The position numbers and the translations under genes are program-made. The notes under the pieces are model-generated. The model worked only from the letters and a program-made list of their open reading frames with translations, searched no databases and had not been told where the DNA came from. DNA of 64,000 nt from contig OZ316896.1 of the NCBI GenBank assembly GCA_973895155.1, positions 18,526,754-18,590,753 of the forward strand, read 5' to 3'. Below, in pieces: positions 61,848 through 64,000 of this stretch (within the stretch, counting starts at the first letter, position 1; each line of letters begins with the position of its first letter). This DNA comes from Marsupella aquatica (lineage: Eukaryota > Plantae > Marchantiophyta).

Positions 61848-64000
61848 ATGGACCTCCTCACAATGTTCTTCATGGCGGCTTTGCCTGTCCTGAAAATCTT
61901 CATTACATGCGGGTTTGGCGCGTACCTTGGTCACCCAAGTGTAAATATTTTGACAGAAGATGGCCGAAAATTGATGAACAAGGTATATATCTTCATTTTG
62001 CCGATCCCTGAAGAGTTATGCCTCTGTGTACCTGAATTTAGGAAAGAGTGATTTTAGCATCTTCTCCAGGGGCATGCATTTCTCTGCTGGTGGTTTGTGT
62101 AGCAAACGAACTCTGTCACGGTACACCTACATGTCCAAGCGTTGTTTAAAGTGCCTGCCTGGGAAACATTTCTACAACAGGAGCTTTGAAAAATAAATGA
62201 ATAGGCATTCTTCAATGTACAATGGTGGCGTAAAAACGCAGTATGAAATTGTAACGATATATTCATAACATTGCAGGCTAAGTAAATGTGTGGTCGATAC
62301 TGCCATCACAGCTATTGACATTTACGTTGAATTGTGAGACTCCGTAGAGGATTTCAATTTCAAATTTCACATGATTCCTGTCAAAATCACATTGATTGTG
62401 ATTATCCTAAGTTCTTGCAGCTCGTAGTAGTTGCATTCACACCAGCATTTGTCTTCACCAAGTTGGCAAGGGCCGTGTCCTATGAGAATATCTTGGCGTG
62501 GTAAGCATCTCATCTCTCTAAAGCCTGATTATCCATCAAGGTTTATCTACCGTTGAAACTAAAACTGATGTCCGCGAAAGGATTCACGAGAATAAGCCCA
62601 GGATGATGAACACCCTTGCTTCCCTTCCTCAATACCAAGTTATAAGATGAACTGTAATCATGATGGCCATTGCAAGACAGAATGCTTAAGTACCTTGAGC
62701 GTTGATGTGCAGGTGGTACATGCCTATCAACGTTTGTCTTTGCTTTTTTTGCGGGCTTGCCTTGGGCTTTGTGGTCCTGAAGAACACTACTGTTCCACCA
62801 CACCTGAGGAATCTTGTCTTGGCGTGTTGTGCTGCAGGTGCGTAGTCCACTTTACGTTCCTCGTTTCGCATTTGTCTTGACTAAATCAGCAATTTCACTG
62901 ATTGTATGTTTGGTAGTCATTGAGGAAGAAAATGTCAGCGATGCATTTGTAAGAGCACAGAGCTGATATTAGGAGAGGGCCTTTCGTCAAATGTACCTTG
63001 GTCTTCCTCAGGGATTTAGGAACCACAAAACTGGTCATGCTTCTCCACATCATTGGATTGAACATTCTCCATGATTCTGTAATTTTTCTCACTGCACGAT
63101 TTTATGGCTTGGATTTCAAGAGTATTTTTCTTGCAACCAGTGTCAAGTTATTGTTGCTGGCCATCAATTGCAAACATGTTTGTGCCATAGACTTACACCG
63201 TGTTTTGTCTGAGCCTGACTAAAGAATGTCCGATCTATTTCATAGTCTTGGTTGTATAACGCTGTCCAGTCCCCTACGGTCTTCCTGACTCCATTTTCCT
63301 CCCCAAAAGTGACTGCTATTGTCGCTTATAATACAGAGAATTCTCGTGTTCTTCCAGGCAATACCGGTAACGTGCCATTAGTTCTGATTCCGGCAATTTG
63401 TGAGGAGGACGGGAATCCATTTGGGAGGTCAGAAGCCTGCATTCGAGATTCGACGGCATATGTGTCTTATGGGATGTGGGTAAGCTTGTCCATTAATTCC
63501 TAATCATCAATATGCTCGGGAAGCTGTTGAGGAAAGATCTCGTCCCTCCTTTGAAACGCGCAAGTTGGATAGTCCTTGGAATGCTTGTAAGATCACCGTA
63601 TTCAGTGTGATTTATTTAACAGAAACTATTTAGCCAGAAGCCCTGGGAAGGCATAATCTTTAGACAAACCCACTCTGATTTTGATTGCGTACGTCAACAA
63701 AACATCATAAGCTGCCTCTGCCCAACTCTTTGTCTCCAGTACTGTTCGATGGCAAATCTGAGTCCGTAACTTGCTCATGGGTCTCATGGGTCAGGTGGGA
63801 ATCGCCCTTACATGGACAGTCGTCTACAGGCTCCTCCAGCCTCCGGACTTTCAGAAGGAAGGACCAGCACCTCCAGTAGGAAGTAATGGTGGGTCTCCGC
63901 GACCTCCAATAGGAAGTTATGGTGGGTCTCCACGTTTCAGTGACTTCGGAGACTTTCAAGCAGGGAAATATGAAATAGAAGAGTTTAATCCCCGCATGGA
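61848..64000 (+). CDS. PILS: PIN-LIKES (PILS) auxin carrier family protein, 5' part, truncated by the window end
   Basis: Exons 61848-61982, 62421-62500, 62713-62837, 63358-63479 and 63795->64000, all GT-AG and in phase. The protein reads AALPVLKIFITCGFGAYL...NILTEDGRKLMNK/LVVVAFTPAFVFTKLA...W/WYMPINV...ACCAA/GNTGNVPLVLIPAICEEDGNPFG...YVSYGMW/VGIALTWTVVYRLL. Confidence 0.93.

Overview
Eukaryotic nuclear DNA with GT-AG spliceosomal introns, from a non-seed land plant, most likely a bryophyte: an intact IFT20 gene implies flagellated sperm, and plant-type SMO2, PILS, DUF26 and plastid rubredoxin genes are present. Most six-frame ORFs are spurious, so gene models were rebuilt by hand from splice sites. 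Protein-coding loci are: a plastid rubredoxin-like gene (4 exons, +), sterol 4-alpha-methyl oxidase SMO2 (7 exons, +), a SAP-like/KEN-box protein with a triplicated exon (-), an intronless PAT10-like DHHC S-acyltransferase (+), a secreted single-DUF26/Gnk2-like protein (-), IFT20 (3 exons, +), an intronless fungal-type gene (+), and the 5' part of a PIN-LIKES gene (+, truncated by the window end). Intergenic DNA holds a non-autonomous Mutator-like element with a 10-bp TSD, a MITE with an 8-bp TSD, a decayed PIF/Harbinger fragment, PPR and kinase pseudogene fragments and several minisatellites. The most striking locus is the candidate fungus-to-plant horizontally transferred gene at 57.9-58.5 kb, whose upstream region is a 1.7-kb array of about 20 units of 82/90 bp. 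All family assignments come from motif recognition, not database searches.
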